Made by a program: the position numbers and the translations under genes. This document shows positions 42,620 through 52,078 of a stretch of 64,000 nucleotides of DNA, in pieces. The notes beneath the pieces are model-generated. The model was not told where the DNA came from. It saw only the letters and a list, made by a program, of their open reading frames with translations, and ran no database searches. Within the stretch, counting starts at the first letter, position 1. Each line of letters begins with the position of its first letter. Origin of the DNA: an uncultured Acidobacteriota bacterium (lineage in GTDB: Bacteria > Acidobacteriota > Vicinamibacteria > Vicinamibacterales > CAVVIG01); NCBI GenBank assembly GCA_963749565.1, contig CAVVNL010000022.1, positions 44,782 through 108,781 on the forward strand, written 5' to 3'.

Positions 42620-44800
42620 GTGGCCGTCAAGCTGCTGGTGGCCGCCGTGCGGCTGGCCGGCGGCGAGGTCCCGGCGATTGTCGACTTCATCGATACAGCC
42701 GCCGGCGCGGCGATCGCGCTCGGCGCCGCGTATTTCCTCGTCCAGTTGTTCCTCCGCGCCAAGCGGCGCTTGCTGTGGCGGGTTCGCCGCAAGCTGACGC
42801 TGTCGTACATCTTCATCGGCTTCGTGCCGGCGCTGCTGATCATCACCTTCTTTCTGCTGAGCGGCCTGCTGCTCTTCTTCAACATGAGCTCGTACATGCT
42901 GCGCACGAGGCTGAGCGGTCTCGTCGACGAAACGCGATTCCTCGCGCAGCGCGCCGCTCTCGAGCTGGAAAGCGCCGCCACGATCGGCGAGATGCAGCAG
43001 ACGCTGAATCGGCGGCAGGCCGCGGCGTCGCGGTATCCCTTCGTGTCGTACGCCGCGGTCCCGGCGCAGGCGGTGTGCGGCGGCCGCACAGCGGCCTCGC
43101 GCGTTTCCCTGGCCAACCCGATCACCGCCGGGCCGTGGGCCCAGGGCGCGGTCCCGTCCCGCATCCCGTCCTGGATTCCGTGCGAGGGCCACGCGGGGCT
43201 GGTCATCGTCCGCACCGAGGGACTCCGCTCCGAGGTTGCCGCGCGCGCCGTCGTGCGGCCGGATGGCGCGAACTACGTCGTCATCGTCGACGTGCCGCTC
43301 GGCGAGCAACTGGTGCGCGAGCTCCAGGCGGACACGGGGATCACCTTGAGCAACATCACGGCGCTCGAAAACCTGGGACCGGACCCTCCCGCGCCGATTG
43401 AGGGCACCGGCACGGCTCCCGACGAGGCGGCCCCGCCGGAGTACCGGCTCATCGTCGGCCCGGCCAACGTCTCGCTGGAGAGCAGTCCGGACGGGCGGTT
43501 CACCTGGGTCACCTTCATCGAGTATGCCGACTGGGACACGGGCGACACGCGAACGCTCACAGCCAGCTTCAGGCTGGCCCCTACGGCGGTGTGGGAGCGG
43601 ATTTCGGGCGCATCGCTAAGCCGGCTCGGCAACTTCAACTTCGGCCAGATCCTGCTCATCATGCTGGCGGTCGTCGGCAGTCTGTTCCTCGTCATCCAGG
43701 CGATTGCGTTCGTGATGGGCCTCACGCTGGCCCGCTCGATCACCGGATCGGTGCACGAGCTGTTCGCCGGAACCGAGCGCGTGCAGCACGGCGATTTCAC
43801 CTACAAGATCCCGATCCAGTCGCGCGATCAGCTCGGCGAGCTGGCCCAGTCGTTCAACTCGATGACGGCGAGCATCGAAGGCCTGATGCTCGAGGCGGCG
43901 GAAAAGAAGCGGCTCGAAGAGGAGCTCCGCATCGCGCACGAGATTCAGATGTCGCTGCTGCCGCAGGGGCCGCTGGTGATGCCCGGCCTGTCGGCAACGG
44001 CCCTCTGTATTCCGGCGCGGGAAGTGGGCGGCGACTACTACGATTTCCTGCCGCTCGACGATCACCGCGTCGGCATTCTGATCGCCGACGTGTCGGGCAA
44101 GGGGACGTCGGCCGCGTTCTACATGGCGCAGCTCAAGGGGCTGATGCTGTCGCTGAGCGCGATTCATTCGTCGCCGCGCGCGCTCCTCATCGCCGCGAAC
44201 CGCATCATCGCCCAGCACCTCGATTCCAAGACATTCATCACCGTGACGTACGCGGTCGTCGATCTCCGCGCCGGCACGATGACCTACGCGCGCGCCGGCC
44301 ACACGCCGTTGATTCACGTGCCCGGAGCGACGACAACATTCAACGCAGAGACCGCTGAACACGCAGAAAAGGGTATCTCTGCGAGTTCTGCGTTGAATGT
44401 CGTGTCGCCGTCTCGCCGTGCGCGCATCCTGGCGCCGAGCGGAATGGTGGTCGGCTTGAAGCTCGACAGCGGCGAGATGTTCGAGCGGCTGCTGGAAGAG
44501 GAGACGATCCCGCTGGGGGCGGGCGACCTGTTCGTGTTCTTCACCGACGGGATCAGCGAGGCGATGAACAGCGCCGACGACTGCTTCGGCGAAGTGCGCC
44601 TGGGCCAGCTCGTCGAAGACCATGCCGACCTGCCGCCCGAGGAGCTGCGCGAACGCGTCCTGCGCGAGGTCCGGTCCTTCGTCGACGGCGCGCCACAGCA
44701 CGACGACATGACGATGATTCTGGTGAGGGTCGAGGATCTGCCGGTGCTCGACGAGACGACGATCAACCCAGAGTTCGCAGAGTTCGCGGAGAAGATCTGA
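42620..44800 (+). CDS. membrane sensor HAMP-domain PP2C (SpoIIE/RsbU-type) serine phosphatase
   Basis: Two TM helices flank a roughly 270-aa extracytoplasmic region. HAMP LARSITGSVHELFAGTERVQHGDFTYKIPIQSRDQLGELAQSFNSM. PP2C motifs GGDYYDF, IADVSGKG, FFTDGISE, DDMTMILVRV. A possible N-terminal extension from the ATG at 42483 would need a frame shift near 42570. Confidence 0.85.
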   Translation: MAVKLLVAAVRLAGGEVPAIVDFIDTAAGAAIALGAAYFLVQLFLRAKRRLLWRVRRKLTLSYIFIGFVPALLIITFFLLSGLLLFFNMSSYMLRTRLSGLVDETRFLAQRAALELESAATIGEMQQTLNRRQAAASRYPFVSYAAVPAQAVCGGRTAASRVSLANPITAGPWAQGAVPSRIPSWIPCEGHAGLVIVRTEGLRSEVAARAVVRPDGANYVVIVDVPLGEQLVRELQADTGITLSNITALENLGPDPPAPIEGTGTAPDEAAPPEYRLIVGPANVSLESSPDGRFTWVTFIEYADWDTGDTRTLTASFRLAPTAVWERISGASLSRLGNFNFGQILLIMLAVVGSLFLVIQAIAFVMGLTLARSITGSVHELFAGTERVQHGDFTYKIPIQSRDQLGELAQSFNSMTASIEGLMLEAAEKKRLEEELRIAHEIQMSLLPQGPLVMPGLSATALCIPAREVGGDYYDFLPLDDHRVGILIADVSGKGTSAAFYMAQLKGLMLSLSAIHSSPRALLIAANRIIAQHLDSKTFITVTYAVVDLRAGTMTYARAGHTPLIHVPGATTTFNAETAEHAEKGISASSALNVVSPSRRARILAPSGMVVGLKLDSGEMFERLLEEETIPLGAGDLFVFFTDGISEAMNSADDCFGEVRLGQLVEDHADLPPEELRERVLREVRSFVDGAPQHDDMTMILVRVEDLPVLDETTINPEFAEFAEKI
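44336..44400. repeat. REP-like palindrome (family D) lying in frame inside the PP2C coding sequence
   Basis: ACATTCAACGCAGA (44336-44349) and TCTGCGTTGAATGT (44387-44400) are perfect 14-nt inverted repeats. There is an inner CGCAGA...TCTGCG hairpin. The element is translated as TFNAETAEHAEKGISASSALNV. Confidence 0.7.
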
Positions 44801-44840
44801 TTACAATGCTCGGCGTGCTCTGCGGTCTCTGCGTTCAACG
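44762..44840. repeat. REP-like palindrome (family D), second copy, spanning the PP2C stop codon
   Basis: The minus-strand reading CGTTGAACGCAGAGACCGCAGAGCACGCC...GCGAACTCTGCGAACTCTGGGTTGAT is homologous to 44339-44400. The left arm encodes INPEFAEFAEKI-stop. Confidence 0.6.
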
Positions 44841-44843
44841 TAC

Positions 44844-45789
44844 GTGACAGACCTGGTCACCGTCTTCCGGACCCGTTCCGACGTCGAGGCGAGCATCGTG
44901 CGCGGGCTTCTCGAGGCACATGGCGTGCCGTCGGTCGTCGCGTCGCCGCTTCCGCAGTCGCTGTTCCCGATGGCGGTCAACACGCTCGGCGAAATCGGCA
45001 TCGCCGTGCACGAGGCCGACGCCGAGGAGGCGCAGCGCATCATCGAGGAGCACCGTACCGAGCTGACCAACGGCCGGGTGGTGCGGCTGCGCGACGAGTT
45101 CGAGACACTCCAGCTGACGATCGGCTACCGCTTCCGCGACCGCGGGCTGCTCGAGCACGCGATGACCCACACGTCGCGCGCCAACGAGGACGTCAGCGGG
45201 GGCGTCCGCGACAACGAGTCGCTCGAGTTCCTCGGCGACGCCGTCCTCGGGTTCGTCATCGCGGACCTGCTGTTCAACGAGTTCCCGGACCGCGACGAGG
45301 GACAGAAGTCGAAGATCAAGGCCGCGCTGGTCTCGACGGTGACGCTGGCCCGGCTGGCCGAGCGTCTGAACCTCGGCGAGCACCTGCTCCTCGGGCGCGG
45401 CGAGGAGAAGACCGGCGGCCGCCGCAAGCAGGCGCTGCTCGCCGACGGCTACGAGGCGCTGATCGCGGCGATCTATCTCGACGGCGGCATCGAGCACGCG
45501 CGCGCATTCGTGGCCCGCGAGTTCGCGGCGCTGCTCGCCGACGCTCACGATGCCGCCGCGGCCGGGCAGCGATTACAAGTCGGCGCTGCAGGAGCTGGTG
45601 CAGTCGCGGAATGCGCCGCTGCCGGAGTACCGGCTCGTCGGCACGGTCGGCCCCGATCATCGCAAGCTGTTCCAGGTGGAAGTCGTCGTGAGCGGCGAGC
45701 CGCTGGCCGAAGCGACCGGGGCGAGCAAGAAAGAGGCGGAGCAGGAAGCGGCGAGGCTGGCGCTTGAACATCTACGATCTACGATTTGA
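44844..45789 (+). CDS. rnc: ribonuclease III with about 85-aa N-terminal DUF2007-like extension; frame break about 45548
   Basis: GTG at 44844. N-terminal VTVFRTRSDVEASIVRGLLEAHGVPSVV...IAVHEADAEEAQRIIEEH. RNase III signature NESLEFLGDAVLGFVIADLLF, GRRKQALLADGYEALIAAIYLDGG. The dsRBD DYKSALQELVQSRNAPLPEY...ASKKEAEQEAARLALEHL lies in ORF 45550..45789. Confidence 0.85.
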
Positions 45790-45844
45790 GAATGTCGATC
45801 TATCTTGGAATCTTAAATCGTAGCTCGCCAAATCGTAGATCGTA
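45773..45844. terminator. low-GC hairpin with 16-bp perfect stem filling the gap between convergent rnc and ATPase genes
   Basis: TACGATCTACGATTTG (45773-45788, the last codons of rnc) pairs with CAAATCGTAGATCGTA (45829-45844). The 40-nt AT-rich loop contains a third AAATCGTAG copy. Confidence 0.5.
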
Positions 45845-45845
45845 C

Positions 45846-47005
45846 TTAATCGATTTCGATAATGCCCCAGGGTTTCCGATCGTCTCCCGACGAGACGCCG
45901 CCGGCGGCCGCCATCGCCAGCGCGGGCTCGTGCGGCTGCGGCAGGCGGGGCAGCGCGTAGCGATGGATTTCGCGCGCGAGATCGTCTTCGCTCGGCGCCG
46001 AGGCGCGGCAGTGCAGGCGCACCCAGACGCGCAGCAGCGGATCGGTGTAGCTGTACCGCTTCTGTCGCGACGTGACGAGATCCACGTCCTCCAGCCACGA
46101 CAGATAGTCCTTCGTCGAGCCGGGCGTGCGCTGCAGGCGGTGAGAGATCTCGGTGAGCGTCAGCCCTTCCTCGTCCGCCAGGATCTCGAGAATCGCCTTG
46201 AGCGCGCCGTAGCCGCGCGCGCGGTGCAGGCGGAGCTCGTAGCAGAAGCCGCACTGCTTCGCCAGCCGGCCGCCCGGCGCCATCAGCGCCGCGAGCGCGC
46301 TGATCGGATCGTCGACGCCGCGGTTCCCGGCCGCGCCGTGCTCGCGAATCGCCGTCAGCTCCTCGGCGAGGGCGTGCACGTACGCGGGGCGGCCGTCGGC
46401 TGAGCGCCTGGACGGTGCGCGCGACGAACTCGCTGTCCTGCCCGACCGATGCGGGGCCGAGGATGTCGAGCGTGTCCTCGACCGTAAGTGGCGGGCACCT
46501 GAATGACTTCGAATCGCGACGACGCGTCCCGGAGCAGCCGGATCGTGCGCGCGGTGTACCGGCTGGTCAGGACGAACCGGTTGCCGCTCGAGGCCAGGCT
46601 GTCCACGAACTCGTGGAGCACGCGGCGCAGGCCGGGAAAGCTTTCGAACGTCCGCAGCTCGAGGAACTCGTCGAGCAGGAACGTCGCCGGCTCGCCGGCC
46701 GCGCTGCGGGCCCGGGCGAAGAAGGCGAGCGTGGCATCGAAGGCGCCGCGCGCGCCGGCCGGCGCGCTGTCGCTGACCGGAAACGGCGCGATTGCCGCCA
46801 CCGCGCGCAGAAAGCGTTCGGGCGTCGTCGCCGTGCGCTCGACGTCGATGGACTGCGCCGACGTCCGGCCCAGGCGATCGCGCAGCTGCTGCAGCAGCGT
46901 GGTGCGGCCGCTGCCGCATCCGCCGACCAGCACCGGAATCCGCGACGGCGACGCGTCGAGCGCGGAAACGATGCGGCGCGTGAGAGTGCTACGAGGGGTC
47001 AACAT
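45846..47005 (-). CDS. P-loop ATPase (archaeal-type/ORC-like AAA) with C-terminal winged-helix domain; frame breaks about 46495 and about 46405
   Basis: Walker A-like VLVGGCGSGRTTLLQQL (Arg in place of the P-loop Lys), Walker B TFLLDEFLEL. C-terminal LKAILEILADEEGLTLTEISHRLQRTPGSTKDYLSWLEDVDLVTSRQKRYSYTDPLLRVWV (ORF 45846..46919). Confidence 0.7.
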
Positions 47006-47050
47006 TCGCGGTGCCTCAACGGGGGGCGGTGTGGCGAAGACGAAAGACAG

Positions 47051-47079
47051 ACATTAAGAAGCGGCGCGCGCGTTGTCAA
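47051..47079 (-). promoter_or_regulatory. near-consensus sigma70-type promoter for the P-loop ATPase gene, with upstream A/T tract
   Basis: The minus strand reads TTGACA-N17-TAATGT (plus-strand coordinates: -35 at 47074-47079, -10 at 47051-56). AAAAAAATTTTTCATTTTCAAA lies immediately upstream (47080-47105). Confidence 0.5.
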
Positions 47080-47173
47080 TTTGAAAATGAAAAATTTTTT
47101 TCTTCGACTCTGCGCGTCACGCGATTCGCGCGCGCGCGATCTGATCGCGCGAGCGAAAATCGTTTGCGGGTAG

Positions 47174-48487
<1,314 letters not shown>

Positions 48488-48538
48488 CGCGTCCGCTCCG
48501 GCACGAACTCTGATGTAATAGCAGGTGGGAGGTACGAA

Positions 48539-48910
48539 ATGCGAAGCAGGCATGCACTGAAATCGGCCCTTGCGGCCGTGTTGTTCGTAACCGGAATCGC
48601 TGGCGCGGCTCACCTTTCGGCTCATCACGGCTGGACCGGATACGAGGGAAGCAAGGAAACAACCCTGACCGGGACCATCAAGACGTTCAGTTATGAGAAT
48701 CCCCACGCATCGCTCGATCTCGATGTCAATGGCAAGGTCTGGACGGTCGTCCTGGCGCCGCCGTCGAGAATGCAGTCGCGAGGGCTGCAGCGCGACATGC
48801 TGAAGATTGGAACCAGGGCCACCGTTCTTGGTTACGTGCATAAGAACGTCGCCACGGAGCTCCGCGCCGAGCGCATCACCATCGCCGACAAGACCACCGA
48901 GTTGCGCTAG
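48539..48910 (+). CDS. small secreted protein (DUF6152-like OB-fold candidate)
   Basis: GGGAGG RBS. Signal peptide MRSRHALKSALAAVLFVTGIAGAAHLSAHH. ...GTIKTFSYENPHASLDLDV. Confidence 0.6.
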   Translation: MRSRHALKSALAAVLFVTGIAGAAHLSAHHGWTGYEGSKETTLTGTIKTFSYENPHASLDLDVNGKVWTVVLAPPSRMQSRGLQRDMLKIGTRATVLGYVHKNVATELRAERITIADKTTELR

Positions 48911-48925
48911 CGGCAACGACCGGCG

Positions 48926-49981
48926 TCAGCGGTCGGTGTCCGGCGAGGTGCGCCGCGCGATCTCGGCCACCAGCTGTTCGAGCTCTTCGAGGCGTTTTTT
49001 CAGCTCGGGAAGGCGCCGGAAAATCACCGACGCCTTCCGCCACTCGAGGTTGGGAATTCCGGGATAGCCGGTCAGAAATTCGCCCGGGCCCGCCGACTTG
49101 GTGATGACGGTCCTGCCGGCCGCGATCGCGCCTTTCCCGACGCGCAGGTGGCCGGCCACACCCGCCTGACCGCCCATCACGACGTCGTCTTCTACGACCG
49201 TGCTGCCGGAAATCCCGACCTGCGAGGCCAGCAGCACCCGCTGCCCGATCGTCACGCCGTGGGCGATCTGCACCAGGTTGTCGATCTTCGTGCCGGCGCG
49301 GATGCGCGTCTCGCCGACGGCGGGCCGATCGATCGTCGTGTTGGCCCCGATCTCGACGTCGTCTTCGATGACGACGTCAGCCTGCTGCGGGATCTTCAGA
49401 TGACTGCCATCGGGTTGCGTCGCGTAGCCGAAGCCGTCGGACCCGATGACGGCGCCGTTCTGGATCGTCACACGATTGCCCAGCACGACTCGTTCCCGAA
49501 TCGCGACGAGGGAGTGGAGGATGCACTCGTCGCCGATGACCGCGCCGTGCCCGATGACCACGTTCGGGTAAATGGTGGTGCCTGCGCCGATCGACGCGCC
49601 GGACTCGATCACGACGAACGGACCGATCGACACGTCGCGCCAATCACGGCATCGTGCGCGACCGAGCTGAGCGGGTCGACTCCTCTCGCTGGCTGGTGGC
49701 GTTGCGCGAACAGCCCGACAGCCTGCGCGAAGGATGTGTACGGATCGCGGCTGCGCAACAGCGCGCAGGCGGGGTGCGGACGTGGATGGTGTCGAGCGCT
49801 TCGCCGACGATGACCGCGGAGGCGCGCGTGGTGGCGAGCTTCGAGTAGGTACTTCCGGATTGGCGATGAAGGTGAGGTCGCCCGGGCCGGCTTTCTCGAT
49901 CGACGCGATCCGGAGAATCTCGACGTCCCCGTCGCCTTCGAGGCGGCACCGCAGGCGTTCGGCGAGATCGCGGAGCTTCAC
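48926..49981 (-). CDS. lpxD: UDP-3-O-acylglucosamine N-acyltransferase; three frame breaks (about 49855, 49765, 49640)
   Basis: MKLRDLAERL...GDLTFIANP, then YSKLATTRASAVIVGEALD (second frame), LLRSRDPYTSFAQAVGLFA (third frame), then hexapeptide repeats IGPFVVIESGASIGAGTTIYPNVVIGHGAVIGDECIL...IGANTTIDRPAVGETRIRAGTKIDNLVQIAHGV. Confidence 0.85.
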   Translation of the reverse strand: MKLRDLAERLRCRLEGDGDVEILRIASIEKAGPGDLTFIANPEVPTRSSPPRAPPRSSSAKRSTPSTSAPRLRAVAQPRSVHILRAGCRAVRATPPASERSRPAQLGRARCRDWRDVSIGPFVVIESGASIGAGTTIYPNVVIGHGAVIGDECILHSLVAIRERVVLGNRVTIQNGAVIGSDGFGYATQPDGSHLKIPQQADVVIEDDVEIGANTTIDRPAVGETRIRAGTKIDNLVQIAHGVTIGQRVLLASQVGISGSTVVEDDVVMGGQAGVAGHLRVGKGAIAAGRTVITKSAGPGEFLTGYPGIPNLEWRKASVIFRRLPELKKRLEELEQLVAEIARRTSPDTDR

Positions 49982-49991
49982 GGCGGAAACA

Positions 49992-50698
49992 TCAGGATTG
50001 CTTGTGGCGGAGGCAGAAGGCGCCGACGGCGTTGCCGTCCGCGTCCACGAAGTTGACGCCGGCGCGATATTGCGGACCGCGCTGGGACGGGATCTCGAAG
50101 AAGGCCCAGGCGACAGCGGCGTTGAAGCGAAGGGCGCCGTGATCGTCGGTCAGCACCGCGCGCACGCGCTGGTTCGGTTTGAGCACCGTCGGCGAGATGA
50201 CTTGCGCCCCGACTTCGGAGAGGTCGACGAGCCTCGCCGCATTCCCGTCGAGGAGCATGCTCATGTCGCCGGCGATTCTGAAGCGCGGCGCCCGTCGTGT
50301 GCCGCGCTGATCGAGCGGGGCCGGGGCTGCGACCGCGGCAGGGGCGGCGGCGACAGTCGCGGCCGATGGCCGAGGCTGCCGCCGACGCCTGCGCCGGGGC
50401 GGCCGGACGCGGTAGAACGCGCGTGTAATCGGAATCGTGCGACACGATCCGAAGCTCCGATCCGAGCAGCGCGGGATCGGCCTTGATGCGATTGATCAGC
50501 GCCGCGCCGCGGGGCGTCGCCGCGAACTGCCGCTCGAGCGCGACGGTCGTGGGACGGCGGCTCACGATCGCCTCGAAGCGCTCGAAGCGCGTCTGCATCG
50601 GTGAAGGTCAGGACCTCGTCGTCCACCGCGCCGGTCCGCTGCGTCAGCGCGGGCAGCAGATCGGGCGCGGCAATCAGCACGGTGCACGGCGGGGCCAC
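49992..50698 (-). CDS. PilZ-domain (c-di-GMP-binding-type) protein with N-terminal receiver-like region; frame breaks about 50580 and about 50330
   Basis: The C-terminal ORF 49992..50264, extended upstream, reads RRAPRFRIAGDMSMLLDGNAARLVDLSEVGAQV (RxxxR and DxSxxG motifs). The N-terminus VLIAAPDLLPAL...FTDADALRAL continues as AIVSRRPTTVALERQFAATPRGAALINRIKADP in ORF 49978..50598. Confidence 0.6.
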
Positions 50699-50716
50699 GC
50701 GGGACAGTATATATCT

Positions 50717-50820
50717 GGTTATCTGGTCATCTAGTTATCTGGTCATTGATTGGGTGATTGGATCGACAGCTGCTTTCAATCGTCCAATCAATGACCAGAT
50801 AACCAGATGACTAGATAACC
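50717..50820. repeat. long low-GC hairpin (37-nt arms, 35/37 complementary) built from TTATCTGGTCA-like words
   Basis: GGTTATCTGGTCATCTAGTTATCTGGTCATTGATTGG (50717-50753) pairs with CCAATCAATGACCAGATAACCAGATGACTAGATAACC (50784-50820). It lies directly after the lepB stop. Confidence 0.7.
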
Positions 50821-50831
50821 AAATTGGAGCG

Positions 50832-51485
50832 TCAGAAAATCCGTGCCTCCTGGAGGGGCCACCAGCGGACCTTGACCTTGCCGACGATGTACTTTTTCGG
50901 CACGGGTCCCCAATGGCGGCTGTCGGAGCTGTTGTTTCGATGGTCGCCCATGACGAAGTAGTAGCCCTGCTTCACCACGTCCGGGCCGTAGTCGTCATGA
51001 CTCCGGAACGCCGCGGGCACGTATTCGTCGCGGAGCGGGAGGTCGTTGACGTAGACACGGCCGTCCTCGATCCGCACGCTGTCGCCTTCCTTCGCGATGA
51101 CCCGCTTGACGAACATCTTCTCGGGATCGAGCGGGTAATACAGCATGACGATGTCGCCGGGCCGCGGCTCGCCCAACTCGTATACCAGCTTGTTCACGAT
51201 CAGCCGGTCGTGATCCTCGAGCGTCGGGGCCATGCTCATACCGTCGACACGCGCGACCTGGACGACGAAGGTGACGATCAGCGTGGCGTAGACGGCAGCC
51301 GACACGAGCGTCTGCACGCCGACAACGGTCTCGCGGCCCAGCCTGATCCATAACCGTTCACGTGCCTGTGCCTTGGCCGTCTGGAGCGGCGGCAAAGTGT
51401 CGGGCGCGGAGGGGGGACGAACGGCGCCGTCATCGATGTCGGGGATGGCGGGCTCAAAGGGAAGGATCCCGTCGGATTCGTTCAT
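50832..51485 (-). CDS. lepB: signal peptidase I
   Basis: VDGMSMAPTL (catalytic Ser box), FVKRVIAKEGD (Lys box), VMGDHRNNSSDSRHWGPV. Confidence 0.9.
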   Translation of the reverse strand: MNESDGILPFEPAIPDIDDGAVRPPSAPDTLPPLQTAKAQARERLWIRLGRETVVGVQTLVSAAVYATLIVTFVVQVARVDGMSMAPTLEDHDRLIVNKLVYELGEPRPGDIVMLYYPLDPEKMFVKRVIAKEGDSVRIEDGRVYVNDLPLRDEYVPAAFRSHDDYGPDVVKQGYYFVMGDHRNNSSDSRHWGPVPKKYIVGKVKVRWWPLQEARIF

Positions 51486-51581
51486 GGTCAGGGATCAGAG
51501 TATCACGTGGGCTGGAAGCCTAGTTTCCGATACCGATGTTGCACAATTCGCGAAGGAAGAGTTGTGAAAGAATAGGCAGCG

Positions 51582-52078
51582 ATGAGCGACACCCTGACCC
51601 CTTCGCGACTCTGGAAGCAGATGACGCCTCCGCAGCGTCTGGCGTCGGCTCGGGCCTTCTGGGCCGACGACGAAGCCGTGGACGATCAGATCAAAGCGGC
51701 GCTGCTCATCGCCCAGCAGAAGAAGTTCCGTCCGAAGACCGATCATCGGCCTCGACCTCGATCGCAAATCCAAACACCTGGCGAGCCTCGCGTCGCTGCC
51801 GGACGCGCATTGCCGGGCGGGCGCTCATCCTTTATCACCTGTCGGATCAACGCGCCCTGATGGGCCGCTTTCTGGATGCGCTCGGCATCGAGCACGAGAA
51901 CGGCCTCATCAAGGAAGACAGCGTCAAGCCCGATCCGGCGAAACTGGCGCCGGCGGCGGCCGCGCTCGCCGGTGAATTCCCGGCCGAGGATGTGCGTCTC
52001 TATCTGACCACGTTGCTCTGCCAGGATCCCGAGACGTGGGGCGGACTGACGGAGATCGTGGAGGGGCTAGAGGACTAG
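51582..52078 (+). CDS. conserved hypothetical protein; frame breaks about 51745 and about 51812
   Basis: MSDTLTPSRLWKQMTPPQRLASARAFWADDEAVDDQIKAALLIAQQKKFRPKT (ORF 51582..) joins IIGLDLDRKSKHLASLASLPDA (third frame), then ALILYHLSDQRALMGRFLDALGIEHENGLIKED... (ORF 51536..52078). Confidence 0.5.
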
